Assembly (NCBI GenBank): GCA_963825135.1
Contig: CAWGRW010000009.1
Location: forward strand, 2,723,248-2,787,247
Reading direction: 5' to 3'
DNA length: 64,000 nucleotides
Origin: an uncultured bacterium
Lineage (GTDB): Bacteria; Desulfobacterota_D; UBA1144; Nemesobacterales; UBA2774
Shown here in pieces: positions 62,256-64,000 of the stretch (positions are counted from its first letter, which is position 1; each line of letters starts with the position of its first letter). The position numbers and the translations under genes are program-made. Under the pieces are notes generated by a model. That model was not told the origin of the DNA. It saw only the letters and a program-made list of their open reading frames with translations, and searched no databases.

Positions 62256-63329
62256 ATGATGAAATCTCTATTTTCAACCTTGCTAATATTGCTTCTTTCA
62301 GCGGCGGCGGGCTTCGCCGAGCCGTTCGCCTATGTCTCGAATTACGACGGCGACTCTGTATCCGTAATAGACACGGCTACGAACACAGTCGTAGACACGA
62401 TAAGCCCTTTGGACGGACCCTGGGGCGTCGCGGTATCCCCCGACGGTACGAGGGTTTATACGGCTGATTACGACGGCGGGACCGTATCCGTTATAGATAC
62501 GGCGACAAACACCATTATCGCCACGATACCGGTCGGGAATAATCCTTTCGGTCTGGCTGTAACGCCCGACGGCGAAAGGGTGTACGTCGCGAATTACGAT
62601 GACGGAACGGTATCCGTGATAGACACGGCGACTAACAGCGTGATAGACACGATACCGGTCGGGACCCATCCCTATGGACTTGCGATAACGCCCGACGGCG
62701 CGAGGGTGTATGTCGCGAATTACGATGACGGAACGGTATCCGTAATCGATACCGCTACTAATACCGTGATAGCCACGATACATGTCGGGGGCTTTCCCGT
62801 AGGAGTTGCGATCGCACCGGACAGCGAAAGGGTCTACGTCACAAATGAGAATCCCGGATCAGTATCTGTAATCAGGACCGCGACCAACACCGTAATAGAC
62901 ACCATAACAGTAGGCCTGGCCCCCGAATTTGACGCCGTATCGCCCGACGGCGAGAGGCTATACGTCTCGAATTATACGGACGGAACGGTATCCGTAATCG
63001 ATACAGTGACCGACACAGTGATAGACACCATCACAGTGGGGGCCAATCCCGAGGGAATTGCGTTTACACCGGACGGCGCGAGGGCATACGTCGCGAATTA
63101 CGCCGATGACTCCGTAACGGTAATTAACGCATTGACGCATACCGTTATAGATACGGTTACAGTCGGAGACGGCCCCGGGGCGTACGGCATATTTATCGTT
63201 CCCGCGCAGACGCCGATAATTTCAGGGACGGTGCCGACTCTTTCTGAGTGGGGGGCAATCGCGTTCGCCCTGCTTATCGGAATGTCGGCCGTGATTTTCC
63301 TTAAGAGAAGGAAGGCCGCGAGCGCTTAA
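62256..63329 (+). CDS. YVTN beta-propeller repeat protein with IPTL-CTERM
   Basis: About seven 42-aa repeats PDG.RVYVAN....TVSVIDTATN.VI.TI.VG; VPTLSEWG + TM + KRRK. Confidence 0.92.
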   Translation: MMKSLFSTLLILLLSAAAGFAEPFAYVSNYDGDSVSVIDTATNTVVDTISPLDGPWGVAVSPDGTRVYTADYDGGTVSVIDTATNTIIATIPVGNNPFGLAVTPDGERVYVANYDDGTVSVIDTATNSVIDTIPVGTHPYGLAITPDGARVYVANYDDGTVSVIDTATNTVIATIHVGGFPVGVAIAPDSERVYVTNENPGSVSVIRTATNTVIDTITVGLAPEFDAVSPDGERLYVSNYTDGTVSVIDTVTDTVIDTITVGANPEGIAFTPDGARAYVANYADDSVTVINALTHTVIDTVTVGDGPGAYGIFIVPAQTPIISGTVPTLSEWGAIAFALLIGMSAVIFLKRRKAASA

Positions 63330-63478
63330 AAGTCACGCGGTACGGCAGGTTTCGTTTTTCGGTAGGAATGTCATATCGGCGGAGCCGTATCCGCCCGAAA
63401 AATGCCGTCTATCGTAATTATTCATACCGTACTATAATTACTCATTATTAATCACATATCTTTACGGAGGGTAATGGT

Positions 63479-63742
63479 ATGAACGCAACGCCCGTACAAA
63501 GCGGTTACGACACCTCGCCTATGAGCGTAAAGGACTGGGTCGTCACTATGATTCTCCTCGCCATACCGGTCGTAGGACTGGTAATGCTTATACTCTGGAT
63601 AGTGAGCAGCACGGGGAATATTAACAGGAGGAACTACTGCCTGGCTTCCCTCGTCATCGCTGCTATCTTCATAGTGCTCGCTATAATCTTCGCCGTATTC
63701 TTCGGCGGCATGGCGGCCCTGATGGGGAACCACGGTTCATAG
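63479..63742 (+). CDS. Small membrane protein, 87 aa
   Basis: MSV.DW......IPVVGL.ML..W.......N.RNYC.A; GGAGG RBS. Confidence 0.75.
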   Translation: MNATPVQSGYDTSPMSVKDWVVTMILLAIPVVGLVMLILWIVSSTGNINRRNYCLASLVIAAIFIVLAIIFAVFFGGMAALMGNHGS

Positions 63743-64000
63743 ATAACACGCGCGCGGCTCCCGGCGGATCAACGCCGGGGAATTCCGGCAATAATACAAA
63801 GTATTTAACGAGACGGCCACCGGTGCGGCAGTATTCCAAGATTCAGGATGCTGCCGCTCAGAGGTCGTGGAGCAGGAACGATCCGTCCGCGGGGCGGAAG
63901 AATTCCGGTAGAATCGTAGAATCACACACCGTGAGTGTCGCTTAGAGGTCGAGGAAGAGCCCTTTTGCCGCATCCGACGTGAGCTTCGATACCGACGTTA

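Noticed and set aside
62340..63170. 126-bp periodic DNA repeats
   Set aside because: Coding YVTN propeller blades, not a CRISPR array or DGR.

Overview
GC-rich bacterial chromosomal window. The expansion of IPTL-CTERM proteins suggests a Dadabacteria/Desulfobacterota-like lineage (inference only). Housekeeping and metabolic genes: hflX, alr, an MCE/Mla-type ABC system, mntR-mntH, a di-heme cytochrome c peroxidase, gdhA, an archaeal-type SAM synthetase, pcm, ppc and mscS. Signalling genes: two PAS-GGDEF proteins, two PAS/GAF hybrid kinases and a CopRS/CusRS-like two-component system with three matching operator boxes. Seven IPTL-CTERM surface proteins are present. No tRNA, rRNA, CRISPR array, integrase or transposase was seen. 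At least eight single-base frameshifts in otherwise intact genes point to assembly indels. The most unusual signal is non-coding: a family of ~86-91 bp inserts (four clear copies plus one degenerate) with conserved ends and a covarying 7-bp hairpin, nested in fixed orientation inside several different REP-like palindromes. A second ~90 bp dispersed repeat flanks some of the same palindrome clusters.
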